A DNA stretch of 64,000 bases from Bdellovibrionales bacterium (lineage in GTDB: Bacteria; Bdellovibrionota; Bdellovibrionia; Bdellovibrionales; UBA1609). The position numbers and the translations under genes were made by a program. This document shows, in pieces, positions 20,449-29,960 of the stretch (position 1 is the first letter of the stretch; every line of letters begins with the position of its first letter). The stretch lies in contig CBDHDF010000010.1 in the NCBI GenBank assembly GCA_965261545.1, forward strand, positions 1,043,389 to 1,107,388. The letters run 5' to 3'. The notes below the pieces were generated by a model, which had not been told where the DNA came from, made no database searches, and saw only the letters and a program-made list of their open reading frames with translations.

Positions 20449-20856
20449 TCACGGTGGCTCAAACTTTGTCAATTTAAACCTTCTTTTTTCTGCTGACTCA
20501 GTAACTTTTACACCCTCAATGTCACGATGTCCCAACGGTGGGTTAAGGCTTATTTGCCAGAATGTTAGATGCCAACTAAAATTGGCCACTTTGTCATTGA
20601 GAATCTCGACCCTCCCCATTTCTGAGGTTTCAATGGAGGGTTTTTCAATGGGGATGTTGAATCCATTGCTCAAAATGGCAGAGAATAGCGAGCCAGTTAT
20701 CCACAAATTTATCCATGGTGACGCTGCGTCTGTGACCCCGATGTCTATCAACGCAGCGCTGCCGTGGGTAAATTTTGTGGATAACTGGCGGGTACATGAT
20801 TCAATAGTTCCGATGGAGTGTCTCCCGATGGTGTCTTCCAAGGTCTGCCTTTGCAT
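20449..20856 (-). CDS. Possible third ORF downstream of istB in IS21-A
   Basis: AAGGAG SD overlapping the istB stop; no recognisable domain; overlaps the conserved hairpin. Confidence 0.3.
   Translation of the reverse strand: MQRQTLEDTIGRHSIGTIESCTRQLSTKFTHGSAALIDIGVTDAASPWINLWITGSLFSAILSNGFNIPIEKPSIETSEMGRVEILNDKVANFSWHLTFWQISLNPPLGHRDIEGVKVTESAEKRRFKLTKFEPP
20692..20789 (+). ncRNA. Candidate structured RNA or ssDNA hairpin with DnaA-box motifs (IS21-A copy)
   Basis: 98-bp imperfect palindrome GCCAGTTATCCAC...GTGGATAACTGGC, 90/98 identical to 25908-26005. Confidence 0.55.
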
Positions 20857-20865
20857 GGATTCTCC

Positions 20866-21594
20866 TTAAATCGTCTTTCTCTGCCTAAATGAGCTTCCAG
20901 ACATGGCTATTTTGATAGCTTGAGAGGTTATGCGATCCATAATAGCTTCACAAACGATGGGATCCTCAATGACTTCACTCCAATTTTTTATTGGAAGTTG
21001 GGTTGTAAGAATGAGGCTCAGGTCAGGGCCTCGTTCATCAATCACATCGTAAAGGTCTTGATATTGGTTAGAGGTAAGGGGCTTGATACCAAAATCATCC
21101 AACACAAGTATCGAGACTGATTTTAGCCTTTTAAGGAAGTTTAGATATGTCCCCTGGGCTCTTTCTAAGTTGAATTTTTCAACAAGAGTATTCATTCTGA
21201 AGAACTGAGTGGAAAAACCTTGGCGACAGGCGTGATTACCTATGGCACAAGCCAAATATGACTTTCCAACACCCGTTGGGCCAGAGATAATTATATTTTG
21301 ACCTCTTTGAGCAAATCTCATAAGGGCTAGATCACTCAAAACTCTTCGATCGACTCCTCGGTTGGATTTGGTTTCAAAGGCCTCAAGGCTTGCTTTTTGC
21401 TGCAAAGCTGCTCTTTTGATAAGTCTTGAGACCTTCTGATTTTCACGATGGATTTTTTCGTCCTCAAAGATGACATTTAGAAAGTCCTCGTAACCAAGAT
21501 CCTGCTCCTCAGCTTCTTTGAGCCTCTGGCTCAAGGTTGCTAAAACTCCCCTCATTTTTAATATCTCTAATAAATTTTCTGTTTGTTTAATCAT
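20866..21594 (-). CDS. istB: IS21 helper AAA+ ATPase
   Basis: GPTGVGKS, LVLDDFG, AIMDR and GSSFR. Confidence 0.93.
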   Translation of the reverse strand: MIKQTENLLEILKMRGVLATLSQRLKEAEEQDLGYEDFLNVIFEDEKIHRENQKVSRLIKRAALQQKASLEAFETKSNRGVDRRVLSDLALMRFAQRGQNIIISGPTGVGKSYLACAIGNHACRQGFSTQFFRMNTLVEKFNLERAQGTYLNFLKRLKSVSILVLDDFGIKPLTSNQYQDLYDVIDERGPDLSLILTTQLPIKNWSEVIEDPIVCEAIMDRITSQAIKIAMSGSSFRQRKTI

Positions 21595-21675
21595 TTTCTT
21601 CTCCTATACGACCTCTCTTATGGAGGTCAAAATGACCCGTTAGGTGGTTGAGAACCACCCACCGGGGCTATGTGA

Positions 21676-23199
21676 TTAGTGGCGGCAAGCATTCTCCCAG
21701 TGCTCTGAACCTCTTAAATTTTCATTAGGTTGACGGCAGACTCTTGGCTCCTCTTTTCGATGACTTTTTGCTGAAATAACTTTCTCAACTCCACGAACCC
21801 TAATGTCACTTAAAGCTGCATCTACAAAAAATGAGCAAGCCTGCTCCAAAGAAGCTGTTGAATACCGTTTTCTTAGATTGAGTATCCCCTGAACACGACG
21901 AAGATACATAAGCGGATGGCGAGGCTCTTTGATAAGCCGCTCGGCAACTTTGTGAATGCTTTCTCCAAGGCTTGATGCCTCTTTAAGTACATTTTGTGGC
22001 GTTTGCTCTAAAATGGCCCGGTGGGACTCAGGGAGATGAGATTTTGTCGTAAAGTAGCGCCCTCGACTGCCCTGGGGGATGTGATGTATCGCCACCCGCT
22101 CTAATTCTGAATAAACCTCCAAGCATTGTTGGCTAATACGAATATCTAACTTCTTGCCGCGATGCTTATAAGGAACAGAGTAAAAATTGTAGTTATATTG
22201 AATGTGACAATCCGGATGAACCTTGGAATGCTTCCAGAATCCACTCTCATAGCGTCTTTCAGGAAGAGGATTCAATTTTGACTTCTCAAAAGATTCAAAC
22301 TTCTGTCGACGACTCAACCCATACTTTTTTTGAATACGATCATTGAAAATAGCTGCCAAATGCTTCAACTCAGCGTTGATGTCTGCTAGAGAATACATTT
22401 GCCGCTCTCTTATCTGGGGCCAAGACCAGCGCCAAAAGACTCCAAGGGTATTTTCGATAAGACTCTTGTCTTTGGGGCGAGATGGCCTCATCGCCAAAGG
22501 AGCCACATTGTAGTGATCACACAAGAGGTGAAACTCAGAGTTAATATCGGGGTCATAAGTATCAGCTCTTGTCACTTGAACCTTTGCGTTATCAAAAGCA
22601 ATGGTTCCGGTCACACCACCAAAAAACTCAAAACCAGAAGCTATGGAGGAAAAAACATCTTCCCGCTGCTCTGTTAATGTGGCGCATGGAAAGAAAAACT
22701 GACTCGATGGAAGTATCATTCCAAATAATCGACATGGGATGAACTCCCCAGTCTTGGCATCTGTATAGCCAAAACAAGAGTCTTTTCCCTTATAGTCAAA
22801 CTCACTCCGTTCACCAGGGGTGAATGTCTGGTGCATATCAAGCTTTATACTTGGGTGCCTCCGACGAAACTCTCTCCAAAAAGAAAGATAACTCACACCG
22901 TCAATCTCGGACTGAATATGTCGCTCCCAGTAATGAGCCAATTGAGTCCCTAGGCTTTGCTTGAGGCGAACATCTGTCCAATTCACCTTGGATGACCATG
23001 GGGCTTGGTAGGGCCCATGCGACCCCTTTGAGCGGCTGTTAGGGCCTCCGGGACTATCCTTCACATACTTCTTCACAGTGTTCCGACTAACACCCATAGC
23101 TCGAGCTATTTGTCTCGAACTGAGTCCAAGCTCTATGTATTTCTTAATATTGTTGATCATTCTTGCTCCTTTTTTCTTACCTTGTTTGCCCATAGACAC
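21676..23199 (-). CDS. istA: IS21 DDE transposase
   Basis: N-terminal HTH, PGERSEFDY, FDNAK, RPKDKSLIE and YSVP. Confidence 0.93.
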   Translation of the reverse strand: MSMGKQGKKKGARMINNIKKYIELGLSSRQIARAMGVSRNTVKKYVKDSPGGPNSRSKGSHGPYQAPWSSKVNWTDVRLKQSLGTQLAHYWERHIQSEIDGVSYLSFWREFRRRHPSIKLDMHQTFTPGERSEFDYKGKDSCFGYTDAKTGEFIPCRLFGMILPSSQFFFPCATLTEQREDVFSSIASGFEFFGGVTGTIAFDNAKVQVTRADTYDPDINSEFHLLCDHYNVAPLAMRPSRPKDKSLIENTLGVFWRWSWPQIRERQMYSLADINAELKHLAAIFNDRIQKKYGLSRRQKFESFEKSKLNPLPERRYESGFWKHSKVHPDCHIQYNYNFYSVPYKHRGKKLDIRISQQCLEVYSELERVAIHHIPQGSRGRYFTTKSHLPESHRAILEQTPQNVLKEASSLGESIHKVAERLIKEPRHPLMYLRRVQGILNLRKRYSTASLEQACSFFVDAALSDIRVRGVEKVISAKSHRKEEPRVCRQPNENLRGSEHWENACRH

Positions 23200-25907
23200 C
23201 TCCTCGTTAATGCGTAGCGCAGAAAGAATATCTATGAAGATCTAAGTGGGTCAATGTTTGGTGAAATTCAGTGGGTCAAACTTCGTGAAATTGGGTGGGT
23301 CAAACCAGGTGAAATTGGGTGGGTCAAACTAGGTGAAATTTTGCATGAAGGTCCATCAAGACAAGAGAGTTATTAATAAGGCGATTTACCTAGCTCTTGG
23401 TATTACAGAGGAGGGTCAGAAAGACTTGTTGGGCCTATGGATTTCTGAAAATGAGGGTTCAAAGTTTTGGTTGAGTGTTTTGACTGAGCTGCAAAATCGA
23501 GGGTTGAAAGACGTATTTATATTTTCTGTAGATGGTCTTACAGGTTTTCCTCAAGCCATTTCAGCGGCTTTTCCCAAGTCTAAAGTACAACTGTGCATTG
23601 TCCATATGGTCCGCAATTCCCTTCGCTATGTCCCTTCCAAGGATATGAAAGCTGTCGCCCAAGACCTCAAGTCCATTTATGGCTCTACGACTCTGACAGA
23701 AGCTGAAAAGGCCCTTGAGGAATTTTGTACCAAGTGGTCTTCAAAGTATCCGAATATTGAAAAGTCTTGGCGTAGGAATTGGGACAATCTCATCACTATT
23801 TTCGATTATCCGGATGAAATCAGAAAGATTTTTTATACCACAAACGCCATAGAGTCGTTAAATAGCGTGATCCGCAAGGCGATCAGAAATCGTAAGATAT
23901 TTCCCAGTGATCGGTCGGCTTTAAAAGTTGTATATTTAGCGATAAAAATGGCCTCTAAGCGATGGACACGACCATTACACAACTGGAAGCCAGCCATGAA
24001 CAGGTTTGCCATTGAATACGGTGACCGTTTTGACAACTAAGTTTTTTAATAAATAAGGTCCCCTTATAAGGGGGCTTAAAAGCCCTCTAAGGCGTTGAGA
24101 AATGCTGGAATACGAGACTATGGTTAGGGTAATATAGTATGGGAACCTAAATACATGCCCTCTTGGTGCAGACTTGGGTTTCCATTTTTTTTCATATTTC
24201 ATCCCAATGCTGGTATTTCTCGAATATCACAAGTTAAAAAAAATAAAAAAAAGGGGGTAATATAGTATGGGAACCTAAACACATGAACCCTTTGATGAGA
24301 TTGGAATTTCCATTTTTTTGAGAGAGCTATTGCTGATTTTTTTCCAACCAAGATGATAATTATTTATTTGAGTTCTTTCCAGTTCTGATATGATCCCATT
24401 ACGGCTCCATCTCCCCATTAAATTATAATGCATTGTGACTGACAAAATCGCTTGAAGGAAAAAATGTCAATTATACATTGACGAATAATATGGGGCTGTG
24501 CTTTTTACCAGGAGTGGAGCCACATAAGTGGCTTTAAGATTTAAGAAAAAAATTGCAGTTACACAATTATTTTTACAGTCCCTGGGTTTCACTTTTTTTA
24601 TTTTTCTTTCTTTCATTTTCTTTCAAAATTGTCTCACCACCCAAGACACGGGATCAATACCCGAGTTTGACAGCAGCATCTGCGTCAAACGAATGATATT
24701 AAAGGATTAACGCATATAGTTGTATTTTGTTTATCCACACTTGTGGGCATTAAGGATTCTGGGAGGGATGGGGACGCCTGCGGCTTTAAATAAGGAGTTG
24801 GCATTGCCAGTGATATCTGTGCGGGTCCAAATGACTTGATCACGAATTTTAACAGGGATAGCCCTAACTTCCTTGAGTTCCCTCATCCTCTACAACAGTT
24901 AAAGGTCGCTCTTTAACATGACCAATGCCTATGGCTGGGCTTTTTAGGTTCATCTTCTTATCTCTTAAACATTTTGTAAGGTGGGCCTCACAAAGATAAG
25001 TTAAAAAGCATAGAGTTAAATGTCCAATAATCCTCTGGTCTGTCCAATGGAAAACAGGACGTGTTTTCAAAGTCCCTTTTAACTCACCAAAAGCATCTTC
25101 AATTTTCCACAATTCTTTGTAGTTGATAATAATCTCATCTGCCGTCAAGTCTTTGACATTTGTAAGGACGGCAAAAAAACCATCAATTTTTTCATCTAAT
25201 TCTATTTGTTCTGCATTTAATTCAGGTTTTTTATTTTTGTCGTCAGCCATCTTTACATATTTCTTATAACCTTTATTGGAAACAAAAGTACTAGACTGAA
25301 CACCTTTAGAAGATAGTTTTCCTTCGATCTTTTCAAGAAGGGATTCTCTAGATTTTTTATCTCTCTCTGCTCTTTTCCTAGACCAAGTCACAATACATCT
25401 ATGCCCCCCATGGTCTGTTTCGTAAACAGCAAGCTCATTCTCATATACCCAGCTAAAACGATTTAAATCATAGACCTCTTGTTTCTTTTCTTTTTTTAAA
25501 GATCCAAGCTTCATACCAACAATAAACTCGCTTTGATCCTCACTGAGTTTGTCAGTATTAGCCTTTGATAAAAGCCCCCTATCAGCCACAAAAATGAAAC
25601 GGTGTTAGGCGCCAATTAAAATTGGCCATTTTTAGAAGCCGTCGCCAATGAAAAACGGCCAGTTGATGATGTACTGATTTAGTTATTCTTCGTTCAGAGT
25701 TTAGTCAAGTGTCTTTATTTTGCTCATCATTTAACTCGGACTATGCCACAAGATTCTGAGGAATGATTTTCTGCCCACCACTTTTGGCATGACCCCAAAT
25801 GCATCCTTCAGCCCTATGGCAGAGGTAAATGGAGTATTTTTCAGGATTCCTTGGCGCAGCTAATGTCTAAAGCTCCGCGAGAGTGACGAGCAAATAGTAC
25901 GGTAAAA

Positions 25908-26005
25908 GCCAGTTATCCATAAATTTATCCATGGCGACACTGCGGCTGTGACCCCGATGTCTAGCAACGCAGTGCTGCTGTGGATAAATTTTGTGGATAA
26001 CTGGC
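25908..26005 (+). ncRNA. Candidate structured RNA or ssDNA hairpin with DnaA-box motifs (IS21-B copy)
   Basis: Homologue of 20692-20789 with pairing-preserving substitutions. Confidence 0.55.
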
Positions 26006-26032
26006 GAGTTCCTTCCCCAAAAGTGGGGATCT

Positions 26033-26815
26033 CTAATGAACTTCTTTGGTTGAACTTTCCTCTTTGCTCTGTTTAGACTTGGCTTTTGCCGATTCGGTTC
26101 TCCAACTTTCTTTTCCTTCAATGTTGAGGGTTTCACAGTTGTGAATGATTCGATCAACAGCAGCAGCGGTGGTAATAGGGTTAAGAAACACCTTATCCCA
26201 TTCAGAGTATGTTAAGTTTGTAGTGATCATGAGACTTTTCCTTTCATATCGCTGAGATATGAATTGAAAGAAAAGATCTGCCCCCTCTGTGCAGGAAGCT
26301 GTATAGCCAAGTTCATCACAAGCAATAAGATCAAAACGGTCTAATTTCTTAAAAAGAGCATTCAATGAGAGTTCTTTCTTGCTTTCACGCATTGTTTCAA
26401 TAAGTTCATGAGTGGTGACCCATAAACATCGATAGCCTTGTTCACAGAGTGAACGAACTAGGGACATGGCCAAATGACTTTTCCCCATTCCAAAGCTTCC
26501 GTAAAACACAACATTACAGGCTTTTCTGACCCACTCTCCCTCTGCCATCCAATTAATTTGCTGAGCTGTCACTCCCGTTCTTTTCTGGAAGTTATAAGTT
26601 TGGAGTGATTTAAGTTGAGGAAGCTTGGCCCCCTTAAGCAATCTTTTCACTCTCTGGGAATGCTTGTCAGCAAGCTCATTTTGAACGAGTATACCTAAAT
26701 ACTGTTCATACGTCTTTTTTGTTTTTTCGGCAACTCTAGCCGTTGCAACATATTCATCCGCCATCGCTGGAAGTCGGAGTTTTTTAAGAGAACCTATAAG
26801 TTCTTCGTGATTCAT
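26033..26815 (-). CDS. istB: IS21 helper AAA+ ATPase
   Basis: GSFGMGKS, ACDELGY, AAVDR and ESWR. Confidence 0.93.
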   Translation of the reverse strand: MNHEELIGSLKKLRLPAMADEYVATARVAEKTKKTYEQYLGILVQNELADKHSQRVKRLLKGAKLPQLKSLQTYNFQKRTGVTAQQINWMAEGEWVRKACNVVFYGSFGMGKSHLAMSLVRSLCEQGYRCLWVTTHELIETMRESKKELSLNALFKKLDRFDLIACDELGYTASCTEGADLFFQFISQRYERKSLMITTNLTYSEWDKVFLNPITTAAAVDRIIHNCETLNIEGKESWRTESAKAKSKQSKEESSTKEVH

Positions 26816-28281
26816 TAAGAACCTCCTATGTTTGGAACAAGACTGTCATATTGAGACAATCTAGGTTGAAGTGGTTTTTGTTGGTCATTCAAATTAATTT
26901 TGGTGGGATTGCCTAAGAGCAAATCTTTTATGGATTTAAAGTCGAAAATCTCACGACTTTCTAATTGAAGCTCCATGGCTGTAGATAAGTCCTGCCAACT
27001 CACATGCTGAATCAAGTTGATAACTCTTAAATATTCATGCTCGGCACGGCTTGAATCTTGTTGCTTGAGGTATTGATAAAAATTTTCAAACACATTTGTT
27101 GGAAAAAGAATGGATCGGTGAGCCCATCTTACCATGGCTTGCGGCTTACGAACTAAAGAGGGAAGGATATGTTCAAGAAGAAGACTATGCTCCCCATCAG
27201 GTTTTCTTTGATGGCGAGCGACAATTTCTTGCTTCCCTCCTGCACGATAGATCGTGACATGATAGGGACCCTGTACGGTTTTACAGGGAGATTGGATCAC
27301 CTCATCAGGTATGGAATATGTGGTTTTACCTATTCTCAAAGTCCCATAACCATTACTTTGACAAATATTCACCTTACAGAGAATATCTTCATCTCGTGGA
27401 GGCAAAGGCTTAAGAACTTTGGCCTCCTCCTCAAAGCGAGATTTGGTGGAGTCACTCTGATGCTGATCCATATAAGACTCTAAAAACTGATTCAAATGAT
27501 CCCAGTCTTTAAAAACAATTCCTTTGTTTCTAACAATATTTTTTATCCGAGAACTGAAGGTTCGAATATCACGCTCCACATCTCCCTTGTCAGAGCCCTT
27601 CCCTGCGCGGCAGGGAAGAACCTTAAATCCATAGTATTGGATGGCTCGATCAAAAGATTGGGTGTAAATTCGCTGATTTCCTTTAAGAACTTTCTTCACA
27701 CAGGGAGATAAATTATCAATACGGATGTTCGCACTCATCCCACCTATCTTTTCAAAAAAAGCATGCACCCCATCGATGAAACACTCATAGACAAGAAAGG
27801 GGTAGGCACGAACCCAACAGGTGCCACTACAAGGCAATGTTCCAAAATGGAGATGAACGATCTGAACACCATCGGCAAATGGTAAAGCAACCTTCTCCTT
27901 AAAATCAAACTGAGCCTGTTCTCCAGGATCATATCTTTGGCTGAAAAAACGCTCCTTGGGGCGAGAACCAAGAATCTCACAAACTCTTCTCTGAACCGTT
28001 CTCTCACTCCCACGATAACCCTCCTCAACTAATAGCTCATATATTTCACGGGCGGTGTTACTTGGGTTCAACTTCAAAAAGTACTTCACCCGATCCATAT
28101 ATCCATTAAGGGGATCTGGGCGAGTTCTTTTGGACCTCGCCTTGTACTTCGGTGGGGTGTTGGACTTACAGTACTTGCGCACCGTCTTACGATTGATCCC
28201 TAATTCACGAGATATTTCTGTCTTATTTTTACCACTGTGACTCAGGTCACGAATGCGGCCGAAAGTGTATTGACTAATCAT
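26815..28281 (-). CDS. istA: IS21 DDE transposase
   Basis: HTH, PGEQAQFDF, IDNL, DKGDVER and YSIP; GAGGAGG before ATG 28281. Confidence 0.92.
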   Translation of the reverse strand: MISQYTFGRIRDLSHSGKNKTEISRELGINRKTVRKYCKSNTPPKYKARSKRTRPDPLNGYMDRVKYFLKLNPSNTAREIYELLVEEGYRGSERTVQRRVCEILGSRPKERFFSQRYDPGEQAQFDFKEKVALPFADGVQIVHLHFGTLPCSGTCWVRAYPFLVYECFIDGVHAFFEKIGGMSANIRIDNLSPCVKKVLKGNQRIYTQSFDRAIQYYGFKVLPCRAGKGSDKGDVERDIRTFSSRIKNIVRNKGIVFKDWDHLNQFLESYMDQHQSDSTKSRFEEEAKVLKPLPPRDEDILCKVNICQSNGYGTLRIGKTTYSIPDEVIQSPCKTVQGPYHVTIYRAGGKQEIVARHQRKPDGEHSLLLEHILPSLVRKPQAMVRWAHRSILFPTNVFENFYQYLKQQDSSRAEHEYLRVINLIQHVSWQDLSTAMELQLESREIFDFKSIKDLLLGNPTKINLNDQQKPLQPRLSQYDSLVPNIGGS

Positions 28282-28406
28282 AAGATCCTCCTCATTGCTA
28301 ACCTTTTGAGTTGCAAAAGGGAGGGACTCTGTGAGCTTAGTATCTATATCAGAAGAAGAGACTTCATTGTCTAGTATTTGAACACTCCCTGAAGATTGGT
28401 CACTTT

Positions 28407-28781
28407 TCATTGGCGACAACCTCCATATTGAAAGTGGGACATTTTAATTGGCGACGGCTTTAAGGGAAGCCTGTCTTCAAAAAGAAATTCCATGAAAATT
28501 GAGGCAAATGTTGGAATCTTGTGGAATTTAAATACTTTAGAAAATGGGCACAGCCTAAACAGGCTTTTCTTGACTATATATTTAACCTCATTGAAATCCA
28601 GAAACAGTCTACAAATGAGAAATATGGAACCTGAATAGGCTGTCATGGAAGGACTCTCCAACACGGAGCCCCTTTCCAGGTCGACAAGAACCCAAAAGGA
28701 GTTCTTATCAGCTCGGAGCCTTTTTATGAGTAATATCAATTGATTATATGCGTCTCGGTTGACAATGCCAAAAATCACCAT
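28407..28781 (-). CDS. Hypothetical passenger ORF upstream of istA in IS21-B
   Basis: GAGGAGG SD; lies between two clusters of IS end repeats. Confidence 0.45.
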   Translation of the reverse strand: MVIFGIVNRDAYNQLILLIKRLRADKNSFWVLVDLERGSVLESPSMTAYSGSIFLICRLFLDFNEVKYIVKKSLFRLCPFSKVFKFHKIPTFASIFMEFLFEDRLPLKPSPIKMSHFQYGGCRQ

Positions 28782-29960
28782 AGGTCCTCCTCTGAAAAGT
28801 GGCCACTTTTCATTGGCGACGGTGGGGCATTTTAATTGTCAGCTAACAAACGGCGTACATTAAACTTTTTTCTCATTTTATCAACAATATCTGAAAGCGT
28901 CTTGCCTTCAAAAGTATTACCAGGGAAAACCTCAAAACCTAAAGGGATGCCATCCCGATTCACCAACAAACCAAAGACAACTTGGGTGCAGTCTGATCGT
29001 CTCTCTTTACTATAGCCAAATTGACGAAGTTTCCCTAAGTCTGTTCTTGTACTCTCGAAGCGTAAGGTTGTTAAATCATACAACACAATGTCTACTTGGA
29101 AATTAAATAAATCTCGCCCCACCCAATAAAGCGAGTTCTCTATTTCATCCTTATGGGAGGCAAGTAAGTCCATAGACCGATAAATATGCTGGAGACTCAA
29201 ATCACCCTTAATCATGTCTGGGTAAAAAGATTTTTGCCAATACTCAAAAACCTTTAACTTGGAACTAGGAGCAATAAATCGGCTGGCAACTAAGGTAAAA
29301 ATCACCTTACATAAATCAAATTGAACTTTCTCATGAGAATCTTTTATGTCTTTGAGGGTCTTATTGATACCCAGTTGATCAAACAACTTTTGTAAAATCA
29401 GCAAGGGACCCAAAATGAAAGTCTCTTCGATGTAAAGCTCCTTAGCCAATTGACTCACAGTGAGAAGCTCTCGGTGGCGGGATACGGCCTGCGCCAAACT
29501 ATTAATCTTATCCTCTCCTCCTTCTCCAGCCTTACCTAAGGACATGAGCATGCGTTTTTTGGATTTGCCTTTTTCTCTGTAGGACTCCACAAGGTGGTAG
29601 TAGCACTGACCTTTTGAGTTTTTAGTCGTTTGGATGTACATGAGGATATTTTCTACATATTTCTATGATATATCAATATTTAAAACGATAAAATCCTATT
29701 TTGTTTTCTACACTTTTTTTACGTCAATTTTAATTTTTCCAGCAGCTACCATTATATTTCAGTACAACCCCAATTTCTGGAAATTTCGCATTTTAACGCA
29801 GATGCTGCTGTCAAACTCGGGAGATATTCCGATAAGTTCGATAAGTCTAAGATAATTCTAAGATAATTCTAATCTAAGTTTAATTAAATCTAATTAAGCT
29901 TGATGATAAATCCTGTCATGGTTCGAAGGGCTCGAGGAATATAAGGAGAATTATAAGATT

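Larger units (their letters stand above)
20363..23345 (-). mobile_element. IS21-family element A, 2983 bp
   Basis: TG...CA ends, four tandem ~24-bp GTGGGTCAAAC..GTGAAATT repeats, 4-bp TSD TGAA, istA-istB. Confidence 0.95.
19778..24582 (+). mobile_element. IS256-family copy 2, transposase interrupted by IS21-A
   Basis: Same TIRs as copy 1; 8-bp TSD TGGGTTTC at 19770-19777 and 24583-24590; transposase halves at 19851-20362 and 23346-24040. Confidence 0.93.
19591..24659 (+). repeat. Left copy of a 256-bp target duplication, split by IS256 (19591-19777 plus 24591-24659); right copy 29822-30077
   Basis: The 187 and 69 bp pieces match 29822-30077 and abut the TIRs of IS1634 copy 3. Confidence 0.93.
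25603..28848 (-). mobile_element. IS21-family element B, 3246 bp
   Basis: TGTTAG...CTAACA ends, repeated GTCGCCAAT(G/T)AAAA motifs, 5-bp TSD AACGG at 25598-25602 and 28849-28853. Confidence 0.93.
24660..29821 (-). mobile_element. IS1634-family copy 3, interrupted by IS21-B, with a 2-bp deletion near the transposase 3' end
   Basis: Both TIRs present; 5162 minus 3246 minus 5 gives 1911 bp; GAGGATGAGG versus GAGGCCATGAGG in the other copies. Confidence 0.95.

Noticed and set aside
23246..23345. Four tandem ~24-bp repeats resembling a CRISPR array or iterons
   Set aside because: No unique spacers and no cas genes; the repeats are mirrored at the other IS end, as expected for IS21 terminal repeats.
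24175..24182. TGGGTTTC in the IS256 copy-2 hairpin equals that copy's TSD, hinting at RNA-guided targeting
   Set aside because: Copy 1's trailer does not contain its own TSD (TTATCTTT); a single 8-mer match is compatible with chance.
24528..24710. 60-aa ORF containing FFQNC
   Set aside because: Chimera of the IS256 end, the duplicated gene start and the IS1634 end.
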